From Torpedo marmorata (taxonomy: Eukaryota): 64,000 bases of DNA. Below, piece by piece: positions 24,017 to 37,720 of the stretch. The notes under the pieces were generated by a model that was not told where the DNA came from, ran no database searches, and worked only from the letters and a program-made list of their open reading frames with translations. The stretch's first letter is position 1. Each line of letters opens with the position of its first letter. The position numbers and the translations under genes were made by a program. Where the stretch lies: positions 18,042,001 through 18,106,000 of the forward strand of contig OZ360243.1 of NCBI GenBank assembly GCA_977017645.1. Direction: 5' to 3'.

Positions 24017-25547
24017 GTAAGTTTCTTTTGTTAAACTTATCCACAATCAGTATTGGGTGTTCACCCTGAGTCAATTTCTTGAACTCTTTCAATTTTAATT
24101 GCTTACAATATGATGTATTGTATTCAGCATTTGGACATCTTGTTGATCAGGTGGATGTAGCTGAAGGTGGTACAATGAGTAAACCTCTACTTCAATTCTA
24201 ATTCTTCCTGAGTTAATGATGGAAGTTTTTTGTGTGGCCACTTGCATGGACAATGTAATTCTAGGCTCTTTTACCGGGTGTTTTTAGATAATATTGCTTG
24301 TGATTTGAGAGGTGGTAGGTGCAACAAATATTCATGTGGCATAGGAATACTTGTGTGCAGTGAGACCAGTTAAAACAAGAGATGAAATATGTATGTGCCT
24401 ATTCATGGCATGATGTTTTGTCTCCCCCACTCATTCCTGTTTTCCAATTTAAAAAGGTTCTTGGGTGTCTTTCATGAAAGGGCATATATTGCTACCTTCT
24501 CTGGCTTGAATGTGATTTAAGACTCATTTTATATAGTTCATATTAAAATGCCCACTGAATTGACCTTGCAAACCATGCAGTTCTTCAATATTTAAAGTAT
24601 TATGAATTAAGTGACTTGCCTTGTGGAGTGAGGCAGAACTAATGTAGTGCAATCTGAGAATTCTAAGCAACAACAAACTGCATTGCTGACAGGAAAACTG
24701 TTCTTGGGCATTCGTCCGAATAGTATTCCTTGTTATGGAAGTTTTAAGTCATTAGTGTGAAATGATGCTTCACTTGATGGTTCTCATTTGGTATGATGGC
24801 TTATTTTCTCCAAGCTCCACTTAATAGAAGAAGCAGGCTTGGATGTTTTAAAATCCTTCTTTCTCAAACAAAGGAGAGGGCCATTTGAAATAATTTAAAT
24901 ATTGATGAACTGTTCATAAAACTCAAGAAATGACAGAAGCAAACTTTAATACAATCAGTATTTAATGGGGCTAGGAACTTGAATGTGATACACACCAAAG
25001 AAGGATGGCAAAGCCATGACAGATGTAATGAAAATTTACAATAATGGCACTGATTATAGAGTTTCCACTGAACGGAGAGCCTCAAATTTCTTCCTTGGAG
25101 GAGAAACAGTTTAAGGGGTATTTTTATAGAGGCGTTCAACATGGTATTGTTAGAGTAAATGCTGATAACTTTTTCCATTAACAGAGGAGAATAATTAAGG
25201 CAAAACAATAATCAACAAACTTTTTTTATACCATGGATTGACTCAGAATGCATTGCCTAAAGGGGTCGTGAAGCAGATTTCCCCCCGATATTTCAATTGA
25301 AAATTGAATATTAAAGGAAAATATCTGTGGAGTTCTGGAGTTTAAAAAAAAAAAATCAAGGAGTGAAGTTGATTGTTTTTCTCTTTCAAAAAGGACTTGT
25401 GGGGTTAATTTGCTATCTATTTTGATTCTATAAGACTAAACAAAGCATTGCTGGTGATGAAAGGACTCCAAGGTAATGCTGGGTTGTGATGTGTAAAGTC
25501 TTTTTTTAAAAAAACCATATCCAAGCTTGTTATAGATAGCATCCAAT

Positions 25548-28500
25548 GGAGCGGTCACGTGATGCAGCAGAGCTAGGAGGACGCGGGCCCCGGGGCTTCC
25601 CAGAAGAATCTAATTGAAAGCCATTAAAAACGCCCAGAATCAACTAAACTAGCTGAATAGCTAGAATATGAGCAAAAAACAAATAAACAAACAAGGTAAT
25701 TTAGTCACCAATCAAAATCTAGCTTCTACAGCAGAATCCATTTCAGCAACCGGCCGTCGGGAAAATGGCAAAATGGCGGCCGCAAAAGCCTCGAGGTCAA
25801 CGGAGGGATCCATCCCTGGAACGGGGCCAGCCCAAGAGCAGCTGCTGAAGGAGGGAGATTCACGTGTCCTCCTCCAGGAGATAAAGAGAGGTAATGAAGC
25901 CATTTCTAATAAGTTGGACTCCAAAACTGAAGAGATTAATCAGTCCATCTCCGGACTTAAAACTATGTTAGACCAGCTGAGTTTCCGCGTGGCTGATACG
26001 GAGGAACGCGTTGGGATGGCAGAGGATCGATTAACGGAGACGGACTCTTCCCTTAGTGTGTTAAGGAGAGAAAATGACTTTCTACTGGGGAAAATAGACC
26101 AGCTAGAGAACCACAGCCGATATAATAATATCCATATTGTTAACTTGAAAGAAGGCTGTGAGGGAAATAACCCCTTAGAATTCTTCACTGGCTGGATCCC
26201 AGACATTATGGGATGAGAACACATTAATGAACTGATAATAACTGAACGGGCCCATCGAGTTTTTGCGCCCAACCCATCTGCGGGCCAGTATCAGGACCGG
26301 GAAAATATTCTGCGTGTCGCCGCGTGGCAGTCGAGAGAGGACAAGGGCCCCATTACATACAACAATAGGCCAGTGCTATTTTTCCCCGACCTCAGTGCGT
26401 TAATGAAGCGCAGGAGGGAGTTCGATCAAATCAAGAAGGAACTCCAATCTAAGGACATTCCATTTGCCTTACTTCACCCTGCAACATTGAGGGTCACACT
26501 CCCTAATGGAGGGAGGAAATTCTTCAAAACGCCCGGGGAAGCAACGACATTCTTGCGTGATTGGCCAGGAGGAGAATAAAATAGCGAGCAAGAGCAGATG
26601 GAGGAAAACTGGATAGGCAGTCGTGGTCATCACGAGCTGCCGTGGATATGTGCCTTAAACTGTAGTCACTTTTTCCACAATGGATAGACGAGTTCCAATT
26701 TAAACAGACTAGTTTCTTTTGTAGCTGATTTTTACAGTAATTCTGAGTTGGGTGTTTTTAAATCTATTGTTGTATTCAAAATTAAATAATCTTGCATAAT
26801 AGTTCATGTTTTTTTAGATAGGAGCCCTGGGCAGGGCAAAATGTTTAAGAATTAGTTAGATATGCTGTGTCTAAACGAGTGCAAGATGCACATCCCAGTC
26901 TGATGGGGAAGGTAATGCTGAATATTCAGAAGTCGACATTGGGAGGGGGGAGGGGGGGGCTTTTTACTTTTATTTTTATTAACCTTGTCAGTGCCTTATC
27001 CGATCTTTTACTATTTTGTCACAAGAGACATTTTTTGCTTGTATAGAGATTTTACAGAGAGGTCATAACACTTCGGTGTGTATGTATGTATGTATTGCCT
27101 TTATACAAGAAACCCACCTTACTACACAGGAACATAAGAAACTAACGAGAGAATGGGTAGGACATGTAATATCGTCATCTTTTAATTCCAAAGCCAGGGG
27201 GGTAGCCATCCTGAAAAACAAAAAACACGGCAGTAACAATTGTAGAAACTATCATTGACCCATCAGGCCGATATGTATTAGTTAATTGTCGGCTTTATTC
27301 AGAGTCCTGGACACTTTTAAACCTATATGCACCTAACTATGATGATGAATCCTTTATTCAAGATATCTTCCTTAAGGTTTCAGGGGGACAACAAAATATA
27401 CTTGTAGGGGGCGACTTCAGTTTCTGTTTGGATCCTGTCCTGGACAAGTCAACGCAGACAGTATCCAATAAAAGTGGCCAAAACTACTTTGGCTTTCCTG
27501 AAAGATTTAAATTTGACAGATGTGTGGAGGCAAACGCACCCTCGAACCAGGGACTACTCCTTTTATTCTCCACCCCCCCCACCCCATAATTCCCACACTA
27601 GGATTGACCTCTTTTTGTTATCAACACACTTAATTCATAAAACATTAGAGTCAGAATATTTATCTAGAACCCTGTCGGATCATTCGTCTTTGACCCTCTC
27701 TATTTTGATGCCAGAAAAACCAACTAACTCATACAGATGGCATCTGAATCCTACCCTACTTCAAAAACCAGAATTTTGTAAGTTTATTAGAGACCAGATA
27801 AAGTTATTTTGTGAGATAAACTGTCCCTCTGCTTCCAATAGTTTTATTTTATGGGACACGTTAAAAGCCAACCTAAGGGGACAGAGAATCTCATATACAA
27901 AAGGTATTAAGAAGAAATACATGGCAGACATCGAAGGACTGGAAACAGAAATTCTGAAATTGGAAAAGGAGTTCCAACAGTCTGGCTCTAAGGAAGTATA
28001 TAAAGTGCGTGTAAACAAAAAAACTCAAGTATAATACACTACACACTTATAAAATTGAAAAAAAACATTCTAAGGACTAAACAAAGATATTATGAACTGG
28101 GAGAGAAAGCACATAGTCTTGTCCTGGCAATTGAAAGCAGAGGAAAGTTCAAGAACAATTAATTCAATTCAGACTGAAATGGGCTCAGTCTCATATAATC
28201 CAACTGAAATCAATGACACATTTAAACAGTTCTGTACAAATTTATATAAATCAGAATTGCCAGAAGAACTGACTAAGATTGATGACTTCTTATCCACTGT
28301 TGAACTGCCCAAACTTGACCAAGAAGATCAAGCAAATGTGGACCTCCCCTTTACCCCAAAAGAAATTGAAAAAGCCTTAGGCTCCCTGCAGTCCAATAAA
28401 TCACCAGGGGAGGACAGTTTCCCGCCAGAATTTTATAGAGAAATTTAAGGATTTACTTATACCCCTCATCATGGATGTAATTAATTTAGCGTCTAAAACC

Positions 28501-30859
28501 CAAACTCTCCCTGAACCATTTTCTACTGCCATAATTACTGTGATTCATTAAAAAAAACCACAGACCCATTAAAATGCTCTATTTCGGCCCATTTCATTAT
28601 ATGGTTAAACTCAGATTATAAATTGATTTCTAAGACCCTTGCTAACAGGCTTGGCCAATACTTGCCGAAATTAATAAATCCAGAACAGAGTGGCTTTATT
28701 TTGAAACGCTGCTCAGCCAACAACCTATGTAGGCTCTTTAATATTATCCACTATGCAAAGTCTAAGGCTGAACTGAGTGTCACTGTGGCTCTGGATGCTG
28801 AGAAAGCCTTTGACAGGCTGGAATGGCCATATTTAGAGTCTTGGCCAAGCTCGGGTTTGGGCAGCTGTTTATTAACTGGGTTAAAACTCTTTATCATAGA
28901 CCCAAAGCCAGGGTCGCCACTAATAGACAGATCTTGGCAGCGTTCCCTTTTGAGCAGGTCGAGTCGACAGGGTTGTCCCTTATCTCCTGGACTTTTTGTC
29001 TTGGCTATTGAGCCCTGAGCAGAGGCAATTAGACAAGACTCGGATATAAAGAGTTTTATAGTGGTTCATACAAATCACAAAATTAATCTTACGGCAGATG
29101 ATGTAATCCTGTACTTAACAGATCTGGTTAATTCCCTCACTAAATTACAGACTTTATTAAAAACTTACGGCGAAGTTTCAGGATACAAGGTAAACTTGGG
29201 AAAAAAGTGAAATTATCCCACTAACAAATTTTGATTACACTGAGTACCAGCGAACAAGCCCATTCAAATGGCCCTCGGGTGTCATTAAATACCTTGGAAT
29301 AATGGTAGATAATGATCTTCAGAATTTATAAAAACGTAACTACCTCCCGTTACTTATAAAATTGAAGAAGATTTGAGTAGGTGGGTGAACTTGCCCATCA
29401 CTAATTGGCAGAGTCAACTGTGTGAAGATGAATATATTGCCGAGATTGCAGTATTTTTCCAGTCCTTGCCCATTCCACTACCCCAAACCTTTTTCAAAAC
29501 CCTTAATAAGCATGTTGGGCAATTTATATGGAACTGCAAAGTACCCAGAGTATCCATGGAAAAGTTAACATGGGATTATAGATTAGGAGGCATCCGGTTG
29601 CCCAGTTTCAAAAAATATTTGGCGGCCAAAATGAGATTTATTTCTTCAGGTTTTGAGTGATGATAGCCCCTCCTGGGTACAAATTGGATTGTGTTACAGA
29701 ATCAAACCAGCAACGACAGAAGACGCAATGCAAAAGGGGTAAAAATTGAAATTATTATTTATTAAACACAAGTAAACATATAATTTCACAACAATTAACC
29801 CCACTATAAACGTCTATAAACTCTATTCTTATCTAAAAGGTGTATGTGTGTGTGTGTAAAGCCCAGACCATTACAGTCTGTGCCCAACCCTTATGAAAAA
29901 AATGGAAAAACTTTCCCCAAAAACCCCAGGTCAGTCATAAAACAACAAGTCAGTCAAAAAAAAAGATAAACAGTCCACAAGATTCACTCTCTAAGTTCAG
30001 GCTTCACTTCAGCTCTGGGTCTGGTAGAAGTACTTCTGAATGAACGTTGGAGAGAGACAAATGACTGTTATGCTTACAAATACTTGTTTTCTTCTCTGAT
30101 GACGTTCCCTTCTTGTAGGTTCATAAGGATTGCAAGTTCCAGATCAGTATACCACTGATTTAGGCGTACGCTTGAATCTCACAGCTAGTCTCGCTGATCT
30201 CACGCCTGTTCTCCACAGAAGTTGCTTTTCTCTCAGAATTTCTCTCTGAGACAGGAGGCCATGTGCTATTCTGTCAGTCTTTCTCTGACTTTTGCACACA
30301 AAACTGGATCTGGCTGTGTTCTGTAGCCTTGCAACTCACAACTGTCTGCTTTGCAGAGATCTGCCCCTGCTTTTTGAAGAAGTGAAACAAATGTATCTTC
30401 TCCAGCCTGTCTCTGTCTCTCTCTGTCTGGGTACACCAGAAGTGTGCAACAATGTATCTTGTCTGGGTACACCAAGTAGCTGGGGAAGTTAACCCTTTCA
30501 GTACCTGTCCCCAGTGTATACTCCAAAAGAATTCATCCTTCCTGCTAACCGTCCGCAGTCCAAATGGTCAGTCATGGTCCATAACAATTGCAATCCCAAA
30601 AAGAGAAGGTGTACAATGATTTTACCTATAAATGGAATTCCAGAATTATAGCCAACAGGACAGACAACCCCATTTTAAAACACTTGGTTAGAATATGGCG
30701 TGAGATCTGTGGAGGCTCTGGACGGAAAAGGGGATTGTCAGTGAAAACACCATTAAGACAAAATGAACTTATACCCATGACGTTGAACAATAAAATTCTG
30801 GAAGCCTGGTATCATAATGGGATACAACATCTGGAAAATTGCCATGAAAAAGGACATTT
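25548..30859 (+). mobile_element. L1-clade LINE, 5'-intact but degenerate (ORF1 25668-26579; ORF2 ~27080-30859), interrupted by a solo LTR and ending in the assembly gap
   Basis: ORF1 coiled-coil with LENHSRYNNIHIVNLKEG and FFPDLS; ORF2 APE (AFIQETHL, RGVAIL, RIDLFL, SDHS) and RT (KSPGED, LDAEKAFDRLEW, RQGCPLSP); many frameshifts. Confidence 0.92.
29692..30586 (-). mobile_element. Solo LTR (Gypsy/ERV-like) inserted in L1 ORF2
   Basis: TGTTAC...TAACA termini, 4-bp TSD ATTG on both sides; L1 frame resumes across it (PSWVQIG-L-QSQKEK); homologous to 61288-62230 in reverse orientation. Confidence 0.9.
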
Positions 30860-31492
30860 NNNNNNNNNNNNNNNNNNNNNNNNNNNNNNNNNNNNNNNNN
30901 NNNNNNNNNNNNNNNNNNNNNNNNNNNNNNNNNNNNNNNNNNNNNNNNNNNNNNNNNNNNNNNNNNNNNNNNNNNNNNNNNNNNNNNNNNNNNNNNNNNN
31001 NNNNNNNNNNNNNNNNNNNNNNNNNNNNNNNNNNNNNNNNNNNNNNNNNNNNNNNNNNNNNNNNNNNNNNNNNNNNNNNNNNNNNNNNNNNNNNNNNNNN
31101 NNNNNNNNNNNNNNNNNNNNNNNNNNNNNNNNNNNNNNNNNNNNNNNNNNNNNNNNNNNNNNNNNNNNNNNNNNNNNNNNNNNNNNNNNNNNNNNNNNNN
31201 NNNNNNNNNNNNNNNNNNNNNNNNNNNNNNNNNNNNNNNNNNNNNNNNNNNNNNNNNNNNNNNNNNNNNNNNNNNNNNNNNNNNNNNNNNNNNNNNNNNN
31301 NNNNNNNNNNNNNNNNNNNNNNNNNNNNNNNNNNNNNNNNNNNNNNNNNNNNNNNNNNNNNNNNNNNNNNNNNNNNNNNNNNNNNNNNNNNNNNNNNNNN
31401 NNNNNNNNNNNNNNNNNNNNNNNNNNNNNNNNNNNNNNNNNNNNNNNNNNNNNNNNNNNNNNNNNNNNNNNNNNNNNNNNNNNNNNNNNNNN
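30860..31492. other. Assembly gap (633 N)
   Basis: Run of n. Confidence 1.
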
Positions 31493-32220
31493 CTGTTCCA
31501 ACCTGTTCATTTCCACTTCAAGTCCTGTAGGATTGTGCAGTAATGAGATGGTAAGCAAATGAACCCCGTCTGAATCTTAAAACTCAAATTATTAGAATGC
31601 AGTTAATTGGGAGAAAAAATGCCCACTTTGCAGAAGGCTGCAATTTACACATTTGGCCAGTGTGCTTGCTGTACATAAGATCACTTGAGTTCAATCAAAT
31701 AGATCCCGACATTCTACTGTTTGTGAGGCCACATGTATTTTGGGATAAATAACTGACCATAATTGAAACTAAGATCATAGAAAGTCTCGAGTAAAGGAGA
31801 TCAATCTTGCATCAGGGAAATTATTTGAATATTCTGTTTGTGATTTTTATTGTTGTGCCCACTGCAGGCACTTGAGACTGCCTCTCTTTAATTTTGAATT
31901 GAATCCCATTGTACTTGAGAATTGGGTAGGTTGAATAATATCAATTATTAAGTTTAGTTCGAAATCAAATCATTGAAACACTGTGTTGCTGCAGTTTTTA
32001 TGAAAGGGCATGAATGAATAAACATCAAGTGCTATTTGTTTTATTTTGTAATGGCTTTTGGATGGATACTAGGATTGGCCTGGTGAGGATTGGATGACAA
32101 ATTAGATTCTTGGTTATGGGAGAAGACAGACTACTGAAATTGATTGTCTTGAATGGATCAAGTTGCTTTGTAGATTTACCAGTTTAGAACCATCATGAAT
32201 CAGGGCAAGTTTTTTATATA

Positions 32221-32837
32221 CCGTATATTTCGGCGTATAAGTCGACCCTTGAAACCCTCAAAAATGTCTCAAAAAACAGGGGTCGACTTATACGCCGGAT
32301 ATACTTTTGAGACCTTAAAATCAGCTCAAAATCGAGTTCACGCCGATTCGGCCTGTAAGTCGACCCATGAAAAACCGATTCGGCGTATAGGTCGACGCTG
32401 GAAGCACCTCCCCACCGCCGGCGCCGCCGCTCCCCGACACCTCCCCACTGCCGGGCGCCGCCATAAACCACCCAGACATTCTACAATTGTAGAGCCCGAG
32501 GTCCCCGCTCCTGCCCGGGAGATCGAGCTCCCCGCTCCTGCCCGGGAGATCGAGCTCCCCGCTCCTGCCCGGGAGAACGAGCTCCCCGCTCCTGCCCGGG
32601 AGAAAGACGTCGCCGCACCTGCATCTTCCCGGCCAGAACCAAAGGTTTTTTTTACTGTTTTTTTTTTTTTACTTACCGGTACTTGCTTAACAAATTTTGG
32701 GTTGTTGCTGGGAGGCCCGGACAGCCTGAAAATTGGGGGTCGACTTATACGCCGGATATACCATAAAACCATTAAAATGAGGCTGAAAAAGGGGGGTCGA
32801 CTTATCCGCGAGTCGACTTATACGCCGAAATATACGG
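32221..32837 (-). mobile_element. Tc2/pogo-like MITE, copy 3 (reverse orientation)
   Basis: Perfect TIRs CCGTATATTTCGGCGTATAAGTCGAC, TA TSD, ~4 minisatellite units. Confidence 0.95.
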
Positions 32838-33666
32838 TAATTGTGCTACTATTTCAGTGGGATATCTTGGAGTTCTTGATTGTTATTTTATCTGCCCTCT
32901 CTCTGAAGTGTTCAGGTCTGAGATCAGTTGATGCAGCCGTTATTGTGGCCCATTTTAAATGGTTGAATAGCCACTGGATTGTAGGATGTGAGTTCGCTGT
33001 TCCCTATTATTTGTATTCATCGCATTTGTCCCCTTAGAAATTAAGTATGGGCCAACTGAGGGGCAGAATACAAAAATATGACTGAGAGAATGTGGCAGTA
33101 ATCAGCTTTTGGGACACCTGACCTTCTGCATCTTCTTACCACTGCTCACAATCCCAAACATTTTCCAGATGCACCAGTTAATTATTCACGTACTTTCAAT
33201 ATACCAGTAGTTTATGGTTGTCACTGGTTGTGATGTATTCACCTCTGCACTGGGAAGATCAAATGCAGTCAGGTGACCACTTTGCAGAAATCCTTTCTGT
33301 CCAAGCCTCCATTTCTCTCACTTCAGTTCTCGGCCTCACTCCCTCTCTGCCTATTACCACCTCATTTGTTCTAATGAAGTTCAACCTCAGCTTGAGGAAC
33401 AACACATTTTTTCCATAGACATGATGCAGCCCTTTGGGTTCAACTGTGTTCAATCTCAGGTCTGCAGCATTTGCAATATTTTCCTTTTGATAATTTTGGA
33501 TAATTTCATTTGCGACTCTCATTTTGATCTGTTGTTTCTTGCCCCACTGTTGCCCTCTTTCACCTTGCACTATCACCTCTTTGTTATTTAATTTCTGCTT
33601 TTTTGTCATACACTATCTCTTAAATCCTCTCCACCCCACCCAGATTCCTTTTGTTTCGTAGAACTT

Positions 33667-33918
33667 GGGCAGCACGGTTGGCGCAACGCCTTCAGAGCGC
33701 CAGCGATCGGGACTGGGGTTCGAATCCCGCGCTATCTGTAAGGAGTTTGTACGTTCTCCCCGTGTCTGCGTGGGTTTTCCCCAGGGGCTCCGGTTTCCTC
33801 CCACCGTTCGAAACGTACCAGGGGTATAGGTTAATTGGGTGAAATTTGGGTGGCACGGACTCGTGGGCCAAAATGGCCGTGTTACCGTGCTGTATGTCTA
33901 AAATCTAAATTTAAAAAT
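33667..33918 (+). mobile_element. tRNA-derived V-SINE (HE1-like), young copy
   Basis: Pol III B box GGTTCGAATCC, V-domain GTTCTCCCCGTGTCTGCGTGGGTTTTCC..GCTCCGGTTTCCTCCCAC, LINE-like tail ..CCGTGCTGTATGTCTAAA. Confidence 0.9.
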
Positions 33919-33994
33919 CTGAAAGAAGCTTCTGAATTTTACTACTCATCATGCATGAATTTTCTTTTGATCTCTTGGAAGAGATTGGGGATGA

Positions 33995-34272
33995 CACAAG
34001 TGGTGCAATAGGGAGCAGTGCAGTGACATGGGTTTCCTGTGGTCCTCCAGTGCTGTCTGTACAGTTTGCATGTTCTCACTTTCACTCTGGGTGCTCAAGT
34101 TTTTTTCCTCATAGCAAAGACGTATTATATGGGAATTAGCCACTAAGTTGCGCTCATGTGAACAGTAGAATCCAAGGAGTGGCAATGGGAATAAAAGTTT
34201 TTGTGTAAATGACTGCTTGATTGTTGACATGGACACAATGGTCTGAAGGGCCTTTTACTGTGCTGTATCTCT
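33995..34272 (+). mobile_element. Old V-SINE copy
   Basis: Degenerate V-domain (GTTTGCATGTTCTC..GGGTGCTCAAGTTT) and tail GAAGGGCCTTTTACTGTGCTGTATCTCT. Confidence 0.6.
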
Positions 34273-34986
34273 CGGACAAAGACTCAGTTGGTTAGGAAGC
34301 TATTATTAGTCCTCAGAGGCTGGAACGCATTTGTTTAAATTAAATCCTAAATTACGTTATTTCATAGCAACATTTTACAACTGAGTGTTTAATATTTGGT
34401 CCTGTGTCCTCTGTGGCGTGGCATGTTTCAAAAGGGAAGGAGAGGAAACTAACCAGCAGCAAATGGTTGAGAGATGTGTTACAGGCTTTGTAACATGAGC
34501 TGGTTTGCTATATTTGGGTTGAGGTAAAAACTGTGTATTTGACAGAAGTTGGCTGTGAACACGTGGCTACAGGTGGTTGCGTTTGGTTGCTGGAGGTGAG
34601 AATACTTTGTGTGGAGGAAAACATGCTCTAAATTGTTTTGAGGGCTACTGTTATTGAAGGAACAGCACATAAACACTGAACTAAATGGCTGACAGAAGCA
34701 CTCAATAACCTGTGCAAACTATGGTGTACCAATTTGCACACTTCATTTCGTCCACTTTAAGACTTTTGTGTGCTTCATTATGGTAATACACTTGTTCAGC
34801 TTGTCAAAGATACTGATCTGTAATTCCAGATTGAAAAATTTAATGCTGGGAAATTGGTCAGTGTCAACTGTTATTTTACATTTTCAGTACAAGATAACGA
34901 TGTCTCACCATAACTAACTGGAATTCTTGTTGAAAACAGCAGTATGCCTACTAGTGACCTGCTCTTCTGTTTTTTTGTTTTTACAG

Positions 34987-35111
34987 CAAGACCACATGAC
35001 TTTTTTGATGCTCAAACAATGGATGCCATAAAACATCGTGCCATCTGCTTTAATCTGTCGACCCTTATTGAAAGTCATGGAAATGGGCATAGTGTTGTGT
35101 TCCATAGCACA
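34987..35111 (+). CDS. aebp2: AEBP2 coding exon (exon 5 equivalent): (P)[44 protein letters not shown]12-binding region
   Basis: TTTTTACAG| ... |GTGAGT, 125 nt, phase 1-0. Confidence 0.97.
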
Positions 35112-37593
35112 GTGAGTAAACTTTTGCGAGTAGATTGCTCTTCCAATTATGAAAGGGTTTCTTCGCCAATAAAAATAACTTCTTGCAACCATTTGTCCTG
35201 ATAGGAATTCCATTTTTGTAAATTTAGCTACAAATAAACATGGCCTAAATGAGTGAAGGTGATGCATCAACATTTGACTTTGTCAGCTAAACAATACTGT
35301 TTATTGGCCAGAATGGGACATCAGCATCAGAAACATCATGCTTGCACTGGCCAGATTTCTATCCCTACACGTGGTGGGAGCATTCTAATATTTACAAATT
35401 GGGAAACGTGTTGCACTGAAGGTCTTGTTCAGTAACCTGTGGAATGAGTTGTGTATCTTGCATTCCAGAACAATCTACCTGTTTAATAGATACAGCTATT
35501 TAGCAGATTTGGCCTCATGTGAGTCTGTCCTATTTAAGAATCTGAATTGTTGACTTGTTTGGGAGTTGGTTAGTCCAGTCAGGTAGCAATTGAGGTGCAA
35601 TGCAGCCCCAGGCTGGCATGTAGTCAAATCCCATCATACGTTTTTGCATTGTGGGAAGTGCACGTAAGGACGGAATTGGTTCTGAATAAAGTGGGGGGGA
35701 AGATCAGGTTGAGCAGCACATGACTTTTCATCAGAACTGGGAAAAGTTTTCCATTCTGATAAAGAATTGCTGGTCCTGACGTGATCATTCCCAGTGTTTT
35801 CTATGTAGCAAATTTCAGTTGTTGAAGGAAGATGGCCATGATTCACAATGCCTTTGAATATTTCCAATGATGGATCACATTTGTATTCTTGGGAAAAGCA
35901 TCACCACTGCTGGCACGTTTGAAGATTAAGCCAAGATGAGAAGATGAGGGTAGAAGGGAGAAAGAAGAGAGAATATGCATGCGTAATGTCATGCAGCTGA
36001 TGGGTTTTAACTTGCATTGGCTGGTATAAAGTAACTTAATTTTGATGTCACACTGAATCTGATTCTGCCATACAGTTGACTTCATCTTTTAAGTTGAACA
36101 TTACGTCAGAGCAGAAATATTTGATTTTTTAACTGCCACGATCTTGTGATAGTTCATTGAAAAATTGAAGTTTCTCATTGGACATGGTATGAAAATATGA
36201 GTGATCTCAATAAAATTAACACCGAGGAAGCATGAAACTGACTCTTGAGCAATCAAGGGTCTGTCTTCTGATGTTGCAGTGGTTGTGGAGACATACCCTT
36301 GTCTACCCTTTGGATTTCTTGCATTGACCACACACATCTGGAAGGTTCATGGGTACCTGCTTCATGTCATTTGGAGCAAGAATGAACAAAGACCCATCAA
36401 GCCTGCTGCACCATTTTGTAAGATGACAGCTGTCCAGCATCAAATGCACTATTTCGTACGTACAACTAAATTCCAGAAATACTATCTGTCTTGGTTCTGA
36501 ATATGTTTATAGTTTGAGCAGTGACATCCCTTTAGGGTAGTAGAATTCAAAGGGTTGCATCTTTTGTGTGAAGAGTTTTCTTTGGACCTAAGAATTCGGC
36601 TATTTTCTCAACATTTACCTAGTCAGAATTGTTTCTTTACTCAAGATATTGCCCCATTGTAGTAAATTAATTTTTCCAGTCAACCCTTCATCCCAGTAGT
36701 ATATCCAATGAAGCTTTGTTGCACTAAGATGACCATATCTTTCCTCGAACAAGGAGACCAAAACAGCAGTGTTTCAGGTGTGTTCGTATTTGACTGATCT
36801 TAAACTTCAATACCTTGCATTCATCGCTAACACTCGTCATCATTTTGGTAGCTTGCTCTGGCTATGAATTTTGCAAGCAATACATGAATGCCTACTTTGT
36901 TTTTTTTCTCCCTCTGACAAATGGACCTTTGCATCATTCTCAGTGTCACTTCCTTTTCCAGTGACTTTAACTAGAGCTTCCCTCTCATCCTCGAAGCATG
37001 GAGTCTCAGTTTGCTTTGTGTAATTGTGCAGGTTAGATGTACAAAGCACAATCCCTCAATTAAACCATTGATTAAAATGGTAAATGAAGCCAAAGCACTA
37101 ATTCTTGTGCCATTCCTAATTAAAGCTGACCAACCTCAATCTACTTATTTTGTTCTTTACCGTGAGCTACCTTTGCTGAAGTAATGGCCCAATCTGGTGT
37201 CCTAATTTTTGATAAACGTGTGGTACCAGTTAATTTGTGTATTCAATATCTGAGATGGCATTGTTCTCTGCAGCAGGATCATCACGTTTATAATAGTGGA
37301 ATGATGAGTACAGAATGTGCAACTGTTTTAGACTGGTGCAAAGCTGAAAGGTTAGCCATGTGAAGATGAGCCCTTTAGTTGGAAGTAGTTGATTGATGAA
37401 TCTAAATTGCAGTTATATAACATAAAAAGATTCTTTGGGCTATATTGCACTTTCCTATCCATTTTCCTGTCGGTGTCTTTAAAACATTGTAATTGTAGTC
37501 ACCTCTATTGCTTCTGTTCTATATATCTAGCCAACCTCTTTGTGGATAAACATGCCTCTCAGGACCCCTCTCACTTTAAACCTATGCCCTCTA

Positions 37594-37720
37594 CGCCTGC
37601 CGGCATTTTCTCATACTTTGATGAAGGGCTCAAGCCCGAAACGTCGGTTATGTATTTCTACCTTTGCTACATAAAAGACACTGTTTGACCTGCTGAGTTC
37701 TCCAGCTTTTGTGTTTTTTA
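37594..37720 (+). mobile_element. 127-bp Penelope-derived terminal-repeat unit
   Basis: 7-bp TSD CCCTCTA (37587-37593, 37721-37727); near-identical to the arms at 40610-40740 and 45764-45927. Confidence 0.85.
37612..37652 (+). ncRNA. Putative minimal type I hammerhead ribozyme motif (PLE-type)
   Basis: CATACT-TTGATGA-A-GGGC(TCAA)GCCC-GAAACGTC-GGTTATG: core boxes (U3 variant), 4-bp stem II, palindromic ACGT stem III, GUC site, stem I pairing CAUAC/GUUAUG. Confidence 0.65.

Noticed and set aside
30588-31562. Long ORFs of 237-324 aa
   Set aside because: Artefacts of translating through the N gap; only the first ~90 aa are L1 ORF2.
32195-33037. 280-aa ORF, and similar ORFs at 9525-9986, 16054-16772 and 63454-63986
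   Set aside because: Chance read-through of GC-rich MITE sequence; no transposase (DDE/HTH) motifs, and frames are not conserved between copies.
33667-33740. tRNA gene
   Set aside because: B box present but no complete cloverleaf, and it continues into a V-SINE body and tail.
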